Assembly (NCBI GenBank): GCA_028534125.1 | Contig: CM052850.1 | Coordinates: 22,878,001 to 22,942,000, forward strand | DNA length: 64,000 nucleotides | DNA from: Lama glama | Lineage: Eukaryota | Reading direction: 5' to 3' | In this document: positions 39,301-51,839 of the stretch, piece by piece | Layout of the letters: each line of letters opens with the position of its first letter | Numbering within the stretch: the first letter of the stretch is position 1 | Position numbers and translations under genes: made by a program | The notes under the pieces: model-generated | The model's database searches: none | Seen by the model: the letters and a program-made list of their open reading frames with translations, nothing else | What the model was told of the DNA's origin: nothing

Positions 39301-41442
39301 TCCTCGACCCCCGGGCCCTTCATCCTTCTGCCTCTCGGCTTTGATTCTGGCAGGTTTCACCTGGCAGCCTCCAAAGGTCTGACAGAATGTCTGACTATAC
39401 TGCTTGCAAACGGGGCTGACATCAACAGCAAGAATGAGGACGGTGAGTGAGGCTAAGGCCTGGGTCAGCGGCTTGCTTTTCGCTTTATAGCAGCAGGGGG
39501 GCCAGTGCTGGGCCCTGCTGGAGGTTCCAACTGTAGCGCCCCCACCTTCTTTCCTCATAAGTTCCGGCCAGCATCCTTCCAGGGGTTTCCCTCCCTGCAA
39601 GCTGGGCATACCTCACCCCTACTCCCACCTCCACCGCAGGTACCAGGCACTCGGGGAACAGGAATTTCTGGCCCCAACTGGCTGAGAGCTTCTCTCTCTA
39701 ATCTCCCGCCTATTATCTGTGTGTCTCTTGCCTTCCCTCCCTGTGAGTCATCCGCATGCATGGGGCCACCCACTCTCCTTCTCCACTTCTTTCTCTTTCA
39801 GGAAGCACCGCCCTGCACTTGGCCACCATTTCCTGCCAGCCACAGTGTGTCAAGGTCCTGCTGCAGGTAAGAGCAACCCTCGATACTACTCCTGGGAAAG
39901 AAAGGAGTGGATCAGAGACTCCTAACGTTGTCTGGTACTCACCAGCCATATTTGGCCAAGTGTTGCCCTCTTGTCCTCATAAGAGAGCTGGTAACCACTT
40001 ACACATTAATTCGCAAACATTTACTTAACACCTACCGTGTGCAGGGACCCTGCTTAATGCTGCCCCTGGGGGCACATCATAAAGCGGAGTTGCCAGGGAC
40101 GGACTGCCAGTCAGTCAACATGCATGCACTGCGCCCGGCCTTTGGCAGAGACTAACCGCTGTGACGATGGGCAGGTGGAAGGGTGACAGAGGTGTTCACG
40201 CTAAACCCAAAGCCTACCGTCTGTTTATGAGGAGTTTGTCGTCTAGGAGTACAGAGAGAAACGTACGCGTGAAATGACACGTGAACAGTTCATACATTAG
40301 TCCCCAAAAGTTCAAAAGGCACAGTGCGATAGGCCATTGTGCAAATGGCTGCTCCGCTTTTGTTCTTCCTGGCCCTGTCCAAGTTTCCCAGTTATGATCC
40401 TAAAGTACCAAACATAGACACAGGTGTCATTTTCCCTAACATGTTTATTCACCAGTAATCTGATTTTTCTTAGGCCCTAGGTTTACGAACCAGGGCTACT
40501 ATTCAAGGCTGCCTATCCCCTGCCAGGACTGGACTGGGCTTGCCTAGTCGTCCGCCAAAGCCGTGGTCCTCCTGCCCCTCCCCATAGCACCGTGAAAGTC
40601 AGTGACCCCACAGCGGGTATGGGATGAGGGTGTTAACACCATGCTCCAGGCTGCTTCCCTTTGTGGCTGTTTGCAGCATGGTGCCAACGAAGACGCCGTC
40701 GATGCGGAAAATCGTAGTCCGTTGCACTGGGCAGGTAGGTGTGTGCTGAGGGACTGGTGGGAAACAGGGCTGCAGGGGGCAGACAGCGAGAACGGAGGGG
40801 AGGATCACATCTGGTGGGAAGGGCAGGTCAGGGCTGACTGCTGAGATGCTCGGAGGGGATGCTGCATCATGGTCTGACTGGGTGTCTTCCCGCTTCCCCT
40901 TAACCCGATCACCCCTCCGCCCTCCACAGCCTCCTCTGGCTGTGCCTCAAGTGTGCTCCTCCTGTGTGACCACGAGGCCTTCCTGGACGTCCTGGATAAT
41001 GTGAGTGTCAGCCGGGCAGCTGGGCAGGGCCCTACCCGGGGAGGCTGCAGTTCTCTCTGAACTTAATCAGCCAAGTTCCATGACCAGGGGTTGCGCAGTA
41101 CCACCTCCTCTTCCTCAGAGCTCCTAACCCTCTGAGAAGGAGTACTGAGCCCCCTGGGGCTTTTTTTCTGGAGCGGTGAGGGGAGGAGGGGGCTAGTAGG
41201 AGTGTGTCAAAGCCCCGTCTCCCCTGGCTCCTCATGAACCCTTCCCACAATCTGTGCAGGATGGACGCACACCCCTGATGATTGCATCCCTGGGTGGTCA
41301 CACAGCTATCTGCTCACAGCTACTGCAGAGAGGCGCCCGGGTTAATGTCACTGACAAGAATGACAAGTGAGCCTTCTCCGTCTTTCCACCCCAAATCTAG
41401 ATCCTGACCAATCTAGAAAGGAGCCACTGGGCAAAGCGTGTA

Positions 41443-41478
<36 letters not shown>

Positions 41479-44400
41479 GGGGAAGAAAGCAGGTTAGTCC
41501 CTGTTTTCTTGGGAAGCTCCCTCCTTCCCAGCAGTGGTTCAGAAGAGCTCTGCCGCTGCCTCCCTATTCTCCTCTTGGGAAGTTGAGAACGTTGTCCTCA
41601 TACGTCCCTACTCTGCTGTTGCCATCACCATCTTCCCAGCACAGAAGACTCTGCGAGTAGAATCAGTTCCTCTGGATCCACTAGTTTAATTTACTGGTTT
41701 CCAAACTATCTTCTAAACAGTGGAATCCTTTTTTCCCAATAAAGAATTTATGCAGAACCTCAGCATATAAAGCAGATGAAAATGGAGCCCATCCAATTGG
41801 GCCTCTGCTTTCTGATGCTGCAGCTGCAAGGAATAACATTTGAAAAGTTCTGGTCTAGTCTAGTGCTTTGTCACTGGCCGGCATTGGTCTGCAGTTCCCC
41901 TGAGCACACTGTGTGAGAGATGACCTTGTGAGTGACTTTCTGAAACCAGGACTCCTGGATTCCATGGGAAAAGCCTATGCTCAGATTTGTCCCAACCCAC
42001 AGATCGGCTCTGATTCTGGCCTGTGAAAAGGGCAGCGCCGAAGTGGCTGAGCTGCTTCTGAGCCACGGAGCAGATGTGGGGGCTGTGGACAGCATGGGCC
42101 ACGATGCTTTGCATTACGCTCTGCGTACGCAGGACGGGACGCTGTGGAGGCTGCTGCGGCAGGCCCTGAGCCGGCAGGGGCGTGGAGGTAAAGCGGATAC
42201 ACTTTTGTAACTTCAAGATGCTCCACTATCGACTTAGAATCAAAGAAACTTCTTAAAACACCATTTGTTCCCATGGAAATAATCCACGTGACAAATATTG
42301 GTCACTTTAGTTGAGTGTTTACTTATTTATTGCTGCTGCTGGGAGATGACTCCAAATTCCCCAAATTCTTTGCTGCAGCCTTGTCTCTCCCTGAAGGCAT
42401 CTCTGACCAGTGCTGTCACTGGCATCTGGAGTTGTAGTTGTATGTGTGTGGCTCGATGGTCAGTCTCTCTCTCCCCTACTAGACCGTAACCCCCTCAGAT
42501 GACAGGCCATCTCTGTTTTGCTCACCACTGAGGTCCTGGTTCCTATAACGGTGCCAGGCACAGTGTCCAATGAATAAGTGAGTGAAAAAAATGAATGAGC
42601 TGGCATATCTGAGACAGGGAACCAAGGTTGCCAGATAGTTAGGGACCCATCGGATAGGCGTGGCTTCTGGCACCAGAAAGACATGTGTGGTAAGGTCATC
42701 AGCACTGAGGGCCCACTCCTCTCAGATAAGGGCTGAAGACAGAGTGTGGGCTAGAAACACAGGGACCCCATCTCTTCTCTCATTTCCCCCATGTCTTTTC
42801 ATGTAGGTCACCAGCTAGTTCAACACCCAGATCCTGCATCCCAGGTAAGACCCTAAGTGCCTGCCCCTTTTGCTCCTGATCCACCCCAGGCTTTCCCACT
42901 GGGATATCTCCCAGGCAGTGACCACTGGGGCATCGAGACAGTCTAAGGGAAGAAAGGCCCTCCTGGGTCAGCTGCCTGGATTTACTTCACTCTTCCTTTT
43001 TCTTCATAGGCCTCTCCAGCTGAGCCTCAGGTGGGTTCTCCACCTAAGAGCCCATGGAGAGCAGAGCCTGAGGAGGAGCCGGAGGAAGAGGAGGAGGAAG
43101 ACCCATGCTCAGAAGAGTGGAAATGGAAGTATGAAGAGGAGCAGAGGAAAGTTTCTCAGTTGGAGCAGGAGCTGGTGCGGAAGACAGAAGAGTGTAAGGC
43201 TCAAGCCGCAGCTTACCTGGACCTGAAGAACCAGATTCACGAGCAGGTGCAGGAGCTGGGGCTCCTCCTCTCCCAAGAGCCCGCAGGTCCAGAAGGCCAG
43301 AGCTCTAGTCTCCGGCCTGGAGGAGACGGCATGGAGCAGGGCTGTCCCCTGGACCTGCTGGCTAAGCGTGTACGAGAGCTAAAGCAACAGCAGGCAGCAG
43401 GCGCAGCAAACCCAGTATTCGCTTCCAACAAGGCTGAGGATTCGGCCCCAGGGGAGATCCAGTATGAAGCTCATGGACAGTCCCAACCAGAAGAACAGGG
43501 GCCACCCCAGAGCCCAAAGTCTGAGACCATGGGGAAAGCCACTGGACAGCAACTGACCACCAGTAGTGGGCAGGCCCTCGGCCCCGATCACACCCACCAG
43601 TTGTGTGCCGGCCAGAAAGAGAGGCGCCAGGCCCCAGGGGCAGAACTAACAGGTACAGTGGCTGAACCAGTGGGCACAGTAGCCATGAACCAACTCCTGT
43701 TACAACTGAGGGAGGATCTGGCTGCGGTGTGGCGAGAAAAGGATGCTGCCTGGGGAGCTTTGTCAAGACCAGTCCTGGAGGGAGCTCTGGGGACGCCCCG
43801 GGCTGAGGCAGCAGCAGCTGCCTGGGAGAAGATGGAGGCCAGGTTGGAGCGGGTGCTGGTGAGGCTGGATCGAGCAAAGGCAGGACTGCAGATAAAACCT
43901 GAGGCCCCCTCCCAGGAGCCCAGAGAGGGAGCCCCAAAGGCAGGCCGGAGGGCCATCACCAAAGAGGATGAAGGGAGAGAAAAAAGGGCTCCTGGGGTCT
44001 GGGGAGAGCCTCTAGGGGCCCCTGGAGGGGAACAGATGCCAGGAGGAGGCCTGGCAAAGGGGCAGCTGGAGAAGGAGGTGTCAGCACTGAGACTGAGCAA
44101 CAGTAACTTGCTGGAGGAGTTGGGGGAACTGGGGCGGGAGCGGCAGCGGTTGCAGGGGGAGCTGCAGTCCCTGAGCCAGCGACTCCTGCGGGAGTTTGTG
44201 CCCAAGCCAGAGGCGCAGGTCCAGCTACAGCAGTTGCGTCGGAGCGTGGGGCTGCTGACAGATGAACTGGCCATGGAGAAGCAGGCCACCGAGACGCTGC
44301 GGAAGCGCCTGGCCTCCCAGAGCAGTGGCCTCCAAGGGCTGTGGGACCGCCTGCCCCCAGACCTGGTGGGCAAGGCGAGTGCCTGGAGGACAGTGGCCGA

Positions 44401-47400
44401 GCCCCTGGAGGAGCTGCAGGCCTGCATCAGCGCCCTGGTGGACAGGCATCGCGAGGCCCAGCAGGCGCTGGCTCGGCTGGAAGAGGAAAACCAGCGGCTT
44501 CGAAGTTCCCCTGCCCCACGTGGGGAGCAGGGGGCCTCCTGCAAGGTCTCAGCACCCCCCCAAGTGGCCGCTCTGGAGCAAGACCTGGGGAAGCTGGAGG
44601 AAGAGCTGCGGGCGGTCCAGGCCACGATGAGCGGGAAAAGCCAGGAGATCGGGAAGCTGAAGCAGCTGCTCTACCAAGCCACGGAGGAGGTGGCCGCGCT
44701 GAGGGCCCGGGAGGCCGCCAGTCTGCGGCAGCACGAGAGGACTCGCGGCTCGCTGGTGGCCCAGGCCCAGGCGTGGGGCCAGGAGCTGAAGGCTCTGCTG
44801 GAAAAGTATAACACCGCCTGCCGAGAGACGGGCCGGCTGCGGGAGGCCGTGGCCGAGGAGCGCCGCAGGAGCGGGGACCTGGCGGCGCGCGCCGCGGAGC
44901 AGGAGCGCCAGGCCAGCGAGATGCGCGGGCGCTCGGAGCAGTTCGAGAAAACGGCGGAGCTGCTGAAAGACAAGGTGGAGCATCTGATTGGCGCTTGCCG
45001 GGACAAGGAGGCCAAGGTGAGCAGGCGAAGGAGCTTCAGGGAAGGTTTCTGTGTGTTCAGGGGTCTGCTAACCTGAATTTTCCTTCGGTTCATCAGAGTA
45101 ATCCCCCAAATAGAACACCAGTCATCTGCAAGGACCACGCTCTGTTCTCCTGAGTTTGGGGGGCTTGGGGTTGAGACTGTAGGTGAGGTAAGTCATAAAT
45201 AGAAGAGAGAAGGGGGCTTAGGTATTAAAATTTGGGACTCAGGGTTCAGCAGCAGTGTGCTTAGGGCTACCACCATTGGTTTATTAGGATTTTGACTTAA
45301 ATAGTGTATTTAAGACATCTGATAATACAGCGAGTAGCTATGGTTTTGCTAGGGTTCTGAGGAGGTGACTCCGGGGGCTGAGAGGTTAAGAAAAGTAAAC
45401 TGAGCTATAGCCCCCTTTTCCCCTCCCACTTCAGAGTAGATTCTGCACAAGATTTCCATTGACAAAGAGGGTGCCAATGCAAAGAAAAAAAGCTTGAGAA
45501 CTGTTGTTAGATACCTGAGTTTCCTAATGATTGCTCTAAAATTAAGTGTAAGTCTACATGTTTCTAAGAGACATGTTTTATGAATTCTAAAAAATCAGTT
45601 TACTAATGAATTTAGTAATTCTAGAACTATCTGTGAAAGGAATGAATTTAGACTCATTAAAATGTGTGCACGTGACCAAAGTTAGAATGCTTAAAAATAT
45701 AGGGAGTATACATTTTACATAAGATAAAGTACAGAAAAATAGAAGGGATGTTATACAGAATAGGGATCAGTGTGGCGTGAGGCTAGTTAAAGCAAGGAAT
45801 GTTGTGTTGGTGTTGAAGGAGAAGGTAAAAGTAGAAAAATGGTCAAAAATAAGTAGTGCCGTCAGCTCTGAACTGAGATTATCTGCATTTGAATTTCAGT
45901 TGCAAAACTTACTGTTTGATCTTGGATGAGTTATCGAAGCCTCTAAGCCTCAGTTTCCTCATCATAATTTTCTCATCACCATAAAATGGGGATAATAATA
46001 GAATCATTGTGAGGATTACATTAAATGAGGTATTCTATTAAAAAATACTCAGAAGAATTTTTGTCAAATGGCTAGTACTCAATAAAAGTTAGCTATTTTC
46101 ATTATTCCCATTACCACCATTCCTAATCCTGCTGGTTATCATTCACCGAATTCGTGCCTCAGCCTCACAAGCCATAAAAACTCATCTCCATTTCCCTCAG
46201 TGGTCAGTAGCCAGAAGAAGGCTGGGATCCAGTTCAGAGTTAAGAGCATAGACCATGAATTCAAAGAGATCTTGCTTCACATCTTGATTTTGTCATTTAT
46301 TAGCTGTATGATTTTGACAAATTACTTAACTCACGCTCCTTACCTACAAAATGTGACCAATATGTCCCTCTGAGAAATATTATTCTTGTTGGAACAGAAG
46401 AAGAGCCGTTTTGAGTATGAAGTGAGACAATGAGTGTAAACGTATCTGGCAGATATTGAATACCCAGTAAAATGAAACTGACTTGACTCTGGGTGGGAAA
46501 TGACGGGGCCCTCGTGGGTTCCCTTTCTCTTCTTGTGGCCTCAGATCAAGGAATTGCTGAAGAAGCTGGAGCAGCTCTCAGAGGAGGTGCTAGCAGCTCG
46601 GGGAGAAAGTGCTCGCCTCACCCTACAGCTGCAGGTGTGTTTTGGCCCTCAGGGAGATGTACACTGCTAGAGAAGGGGGTGCACAGTGGAAGTGATATGT
46701 CCATGGGAGAGATTCTGGGGATTCCAGGGGCCCGGCCAGGCAGGCAGTGGTCTAGGCTGAGTCAGGGATGGGCCAGGGGAGCCTACCTGGCACAGCTGAC
46801 CACCTCACCCCATTGTTCCTCATGTTGAGTGTGGGAGGCGGGGCACATGACCTCCCACTGATGCTCACTCCCAGGATTCCCAGAAGAACCATGAAGAGAT
46901 CATCTCCACCTATAGGAATCATCTGCTGAATGCCGCTCAGGTGAGCATCAGAGGAAGCAGAGGTAGAGAGATGGGCAGGCGCACTGCATTTGGGGTCCCT
47001 TCTCTTACCTGCACATTCTTGTCAACTCTCAGAAGGCTGGACTTTAGATATTCCAGTGCCAGGTCTCTGGATCTCAGAGGTAGATCAAGAGAGTTTGTGC
47101 ATGAATGTGAGGGGGAGAGGTGCTTGCCCCTCCTTTTCAAGTCCCTGGTCCACTGTAAGGCTTTTTCCTGAAAAAGAGGTGGGTGGCTTGCTCCTTTATT
47201 AGGAAAAATAATAAACTACAAAGAATCAAACGCTTATTATGCACTAGGTGCTTTGTAACTCCCACAGCCATCTGGAAAAGTAGACATGGTTATCTTCCTT
47301 GTAAAGATTAGGAAACAGCCATTGAGAAGTTAAGTACCATAAGCGAGGGCACATAGTTGGTAAGCACCATTCTACTACACCACAGAAACTCTCCCACTTT

Positions 47401-47498
47401 CTGTTCTCCTTTTGTTTCTTTCCTGCCACCTACAGGGCTACATGGAACAGGATGTGTACAATATCCTACTGCGAATCCTCAGCATGCAGGAGGAGTGA
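33282..47498 (+). CDS. ANKRD35: Ankyrin repeat domain protein 35 (UACA/RAI14/ANKRD24 family: ankyrin repeats plus long coiled coil), 1002 aa, 13 coding exons
   Basis: Exons 33282-33320, 38455-38585, 39354-39442, 39802-39866, 40677-40734, 40930-41000, 41260-41366, 42003-42187, 42807-42844, 43010-45016, 46545-46634, 46875-46940, 47436-47498 (sum 3009 nt). MKRIFSCSSSQVAVERWNRRDQKLLEAV..., ANK motifs (STALHLA, RSPLHWAA, GRTPLMIA), C-terminus ...HEEIISTYRNHLLNAAQGYMEQDVYNILLRILSMQEE*. Confidence 0.96.
41448..41477. repeat. (TG)n microsatellite
   Basis: About 15 uninterrupted GT units in ANKRD35 intron 7. Confidence 0.9.
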
Positions 47499-48053
47499 GG
47501 CAGCCTGTGCCCTGAAGAACATGCTGTGAGTCGTGGGTTGGGAGAAAGGGCTTGGGAGACGAAGCAGAGGGATGGATGGAAACTGGAGTCTCCTTTTGCC
47601 CCATGTGGTAGCTGACACTAGGGGGTCCTGTGGGGCATAGAGCATTCGAGGTGAGGTCAATTGAGAAACCCTGATATGGGGAATCACTGGGTGGAGTCAG
47701 GAGTCAGTGAGGAGATGGACTGAAGGGGTCTGACTTATGCAATGGAGGCTGAAAAGAGGAGTTGAGTGACTCTCCTAAAGTCTGGGGTATAGACACCAGT
47801 GAAAGATGAGTAATGGTGGGACAGTGGTGCCCAGTTGTTTCCCAGTGTGGTACTCTACAAATTCCGGAATCCCTCCCTCACTCCCTCACCACTCATTCAG
47901 TGTGGTCATCCTCCATTCTCCTCCCTGCTTCCATGCAGTTGGCTGTCTTCTCCAGTCCAAAGAGATGAGGATCATCTTTAGCATCTCGGTGTGGGTGGAG
48001 GAGACTGAGGGTATGGAATTATGTGCATTTCACCCTTGAATTTCTTCTTTCAG

Positions 48054-48260
48054 GGAACAGAGCATCCTTGGTTGCCAAAGGCTCCATCAGGCTGTGGTGG
48101 GTGGTGGGTTGGCCACTGAGGGTAGTGTGTGTGGGGCTTCACCTGATGATTTGAACCCCAGACCTGAGAATCTGAACCCTGGAACCAGCATGGATGAAAC
48201 CGGAGAAGGTGTGGTTGGAAGGCAGCACTAAGGAAAATAAAGCAGCAGGCAGGATGATGT
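48054..48260 (+). other. Non-coding terminal exon of ANKRD35
   Basis: Donor GCT|gtgagt at 47526, acceptor tttcttctttcag at 48053, AATAAA at 48236-48241. Confidence 0.7.
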
Positions 48261-48318
48261 TGGGTGTCTGGTTTTTTTCCTCTCTAAAAGGGAGTTGGGG
48301 AAGCGGCCTCATAAGTTA

Positions 48319-48491
48319 GCTGCTTTCAGACTTTGATTATGATCCATAGTAAGAAATACATTTTACATCCTGTGTGTACATACCTGAAATAATATTTACC
48401 CTTACTATTTCTATTCTATTCTGTATTCCATCAAAAAAATATTGGTTACAACACCTCCACTGAAGGGTCAAGACTCAGTCTGAAAAACAGC
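48319..48491. mobile_element. Short non-autonomous DNA-transposon remnant (MER/hAT-like)
   Basis: Imperfect terminal inverted repeats gctgctttcagact ... agtctgaaaaacagc around an AT-rich core. Confidence 0.45.
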
Positions 48492-49392
48492 AAAAATGAG
48501 GTTTGACACACTTCCTTTCTCCTTCTCAAGTCTGTCTTTACTGACTGACACAGCTCTGGTCTTTTTTCTCTACCTTTGGACTCCTGAGTCCACTAGCATT
48601 TTTAATAAAGAGCAATTGAGAGACCTGGATTTTCTTCAAGACGTACAGTCTTAAATATTCTCTCGTGTGTTAAACCAAGTATCTAGATTTGAGGTACAAG
48701 GTCTCTTGTGGTCAGTGTTCTTTGTTCTTGGGTGCAAAGAGGGATGAAAAGTCTTGATTCCTAGAAAAGGGATAAAGGGATACTCAGAGCTGGCTTCTTC
48801 CCTCCAGTTCTGTTCTCAGGCTGAAAAAATGTATCTCTCTCGGCCACTTCCCCTGGGTCTCCTCCCCTTCCTGCCTCTCCGCCAGCGGTCCAGACTGTTA
48901 GGTGGGAGTGAGGCAGCGAGCTCCTCCAAAATCTGGAATTGCCGTTTGGTGGCCCCCACACTGATCCCCCCATCCCTCTCTCAGCCCGCCCCCTTCTGGG
49001 TTCTGCTGGGCCAGCCCGCGGATTTGGGGTTTGGCAGTACAGAAACTGACTGGGCCGAGAGAAGAGTGGGAGGAGCGGCCAAGGAAGACTGGGGCCCCGG
49101 CGGGGTGGGGGCAGGGGGATGGGGGCGGGGGCAGGGAGCGGAGTTGGGGGGCGGGGGGGCAGGGAGGGGAGCGGGGGCGGGACAGTGGCGCGGGGAGTGG
49201 GTGGAAGCTGCAGAGCCTGGCTCCAAGGTTTGGCCAGGAAGAGAGCAGCTATGTAGATGAGTTGCTAGAGAAGATGAGAGTCAGCTCTGGTGTTTGTGTG
49301 AATGGGTCTGGGAGAATGCAGAGAGGACAGACTGATGGAGAAAAAGAAGGGTGCAGCTGCCAAAAGAGCATCAAAAGGTCCAAGCCATTTCT

Positions 49393-49497
49393 TTCTTTCT
49401 TTCTTTTTTTAATTGAAGTATAGTCAGTTTACAATGTTGTGTCAATTTCTGGTGTACAGCCTAGTGTTTCAGTCATACATATACATGCATACATACC
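49393..49497 (-). mobile_element. Heavily 5'-truncated LINE-1 3' end with TSD
   Basis: Poly(T) then AATTGAAGTATAGTCAGTTTACAATGTTGTGTCAATTTCTGGTGTACAG. Flanks caagccatttct / caagccatgtct. Confidence 0.75.
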
Positions 49498-50313
49498 CAA
49501 GCCATGTCTATTAAGGGGAACAGAACCTCTCTTTTCCTTCCTGCTCTTAGAGTTACCAAATAATAGAAAAGGATTTACTTTCCATATAATATATGTGGTG
49601 TGGTGTCGGAAGAATGAAGAAACTGCGGAGAACAGGGTCCAGAGAGGGGCGGATCATTTTGTGCAGTTCAAGTACGAATCAGGAAACAACTTTGGTAATG
49701 GAAGTCAGGGCTTTGGCTTCCTCTGCGGCTCCTGAAGCCGATCCCAGGATGGCTGAGCTGTGGGAATGGTTAATGTTAATGTTAATGTTAACACAGAAAT
49801 GGAACTTTCTCCAGCTCCTGGTCTTCCTAAGCAGCCTTTCTCTAGACACCCCCATAAATTGTTACCTCAATAACTCCAAGCCCTGACAGTTTCCTTGATT
49901 TCATAAATAAATCTTTCTTTCCCAAAGTAACTGTAGTCTTTATGTTCCCCTCTTTCCTCTTGGGCTGTCTGTTTACTGGGACTTCAGCAGGGACTAATTA
50001 CTCCTGTTTTCACTCCTCTTCGTTCTCCCGGCTTTAGATGTAGGAGTGTATGCAGGAGAGTAGGTGAAGCCTGGTGAGCCATGATGGGGTTCAGACTATG
50101 TTTTTGAATGCCCTCCATCTGAAACGTGGTCCTGATTTGCAGCTTCTATCCTTTGTCTGGTAACAGTAATTTATTAAACGGAGATTTAAAGGGTCTACTA
50201 TGTGCCCGGCACTGGGGATAGAGCGAGCTTGCATGCAGGATCAGATTCAGGTACCCTGGTTCCTAGTTTTACGTTATACTGTAGGGATGCTAGAACTTAT
50301 AATCTCAATTAAC

Positions 50314-50538
50314 TTTTTTTTCTTCTTGTGAATTGTTTTTATTAGGATAGAGGGGATGGGTTGGGAAATATCTCTGTGGATTGTGCTGCATCAGGGAAAT
50401 GTCCTTTCCAATCTTCCTGGGATAGCTTTTGGAACTTTTTCTTTTTCTTGGAGCTGTTGCTCTTGCTGCCAGCAGCCTCTTCAGGTCCACTGCTGAGCAG
50501 CTCCTCCTTGGAAGAGAATTTCCTCTTTTTCTTGGGGA
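50314..50538 (-). pseudogene. 5'-truncated processed (retrotransposed) pseudogene fragment of NOP56
   Basis: Minus strand translates PKKKRKFSSKEELLSSGPEEAAGSKSNSSKKKKKFQKLSQED, which I recognise as the NOP56 C-terminus. It is followed by a short 3'UTR, AATAAA (50343-50338), an A-rich tail and a degenerate TSD (ctcaattaa 50304-50312 / ctcaaattaa 50539-50548). Confidence 0.85.
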
Positions 50539-50609
50539 CTCAAATTAATTATTAAAGGAGATTCCCGCCCCCCCCATGAAATCATTAGAAATCAAGGTGA
50601 TGTTGACTT

Positions 50610-50790
50610 TCTTTTTTTCTTTTACATTTTACAGCTTTATTGAGGTATAATTGACATACAATAAACCACATGTAAAGTGTGTAGTTTGATAAATTTTGAC
50701 ATATGTATGGGCCCATAGAACCATCACACCATCAAGGTAATGAACATATCCGTCACTCCCAAAGAGTTACCCCATCTCTCTCCCTGAAAC
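50610..50790 (-). mobile_element. Old LINE-1 (L1M-like) 3' end fragment
   Basis: TTTTACAGCTTTATTGAGGTATAATTGACATACAATAAAC... after a T-rich tract. Confidence 0.65.
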
Positions 50791-51839
50791 CACTGAAAAT
50801 TCTAGAAGATACAAACTAGTCCATAGTAACTTTTGATCTAGTGGACTTAAGAGAACAGAAAAATAAGCTCAGGGCCTGAGGCAGACTCAAGTGTTGGAGG
50901 GAGCAGTTGGGATTTAGAACCAAATACTTGAACTTGAGTTCCCACCATTGCTGGCAGCAGAGCAGCAAGGTGAGGACTTGAGTGTCAGGAGAGGGTGGAT
51001 ATCCTCCTTAGGGATAAAATCTGCAATGTAGATGGGCACGATCTAGTTCAACAGGTACCTGGGGATATTGTCCTATAGCTGTGAGGTCTCATGGGAAAGA
51101 TTATACTGAAGGTTTAAGCTAAATGTGAGGATTATTCATATTGTTTACTAAAGCACTCTTTGTTTGCTAGTTATTGGTTTAACCATCTTGTCACTGATGC
51201 TAGACTGAGAACTCTTGCAAGGATTTTATGTCCTCAGCACCTAACATTCTCTGAACAGCATTCAAATATTAATTGAACAAGACAGTTATCACTTAGGTCC
51301 CAGCCAACTAATGTGAAATTCTGTGAGTTTTCAACTACCTATTTTGGGTAAACTGCTCTAAAGTTGGTACTTTCAAGGGATCTGCCTGTGAATGATGAGC
51401 TTAGTTGAGACTGGGGCCTCTGGAAAGTCTAAGGCTTTGGAGGAAGGATAGTAAAAGCAGTTCAGACTGTCAGAAAGATGCCTTTTTTGGGTGAGAAAAC
51501 TTCCCTTCTGTTTGCCTTCAGCTACAGCAAAAGTGTGTGGTCTCTGGTAAGTCTTTGTATTTGAGGTAGAGGGTAGGAGACCACAGGTAGAGTTAAGGTT
51601 TAGGTACACTTTGGATTTTAGTAGCCCAGGTTTTCTTTCCCTTAGGGAGAGTGCCTCATTCTAAGTAGGCACCTCTGTATGCTATCAGATTCCCGATCCA
51701 CAGTCTTCTTTGCACCTTGCCTCCACCCCAAGCGCATACAGCAGCACAAGGGTCAGAGCAGTAGTGAGAATGAATAAGATCCAAGAACGACTCTCTCGAT
51801 CCACTCACTAGAGGAGTTAATCTTTCCAGGGCCTGCCTC

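Noticed and set aside
43588-44625. 345-aa minus-strand ORF and other long ORFs overlapping ANKRD35 exon 10
   Set aside because: Antisense or alternate-frame shadows of GC-rich coiled-coil coding sequence, with no independent splice or promoter support.
48754-49260. 168-aa plus-strand Gly-rich ORF
   Set aside because: Non-ATG start, low complexity from the G-tract, and no plus-strand exon signals; the splice signals here point to the minus strand.
49940-50160. Possible extra minus-strand exon of the candidate ANKRD35-PIAS3 intergenic gene
   Set aside because: Stops in all frames and no convincing donor/acceptor pair.
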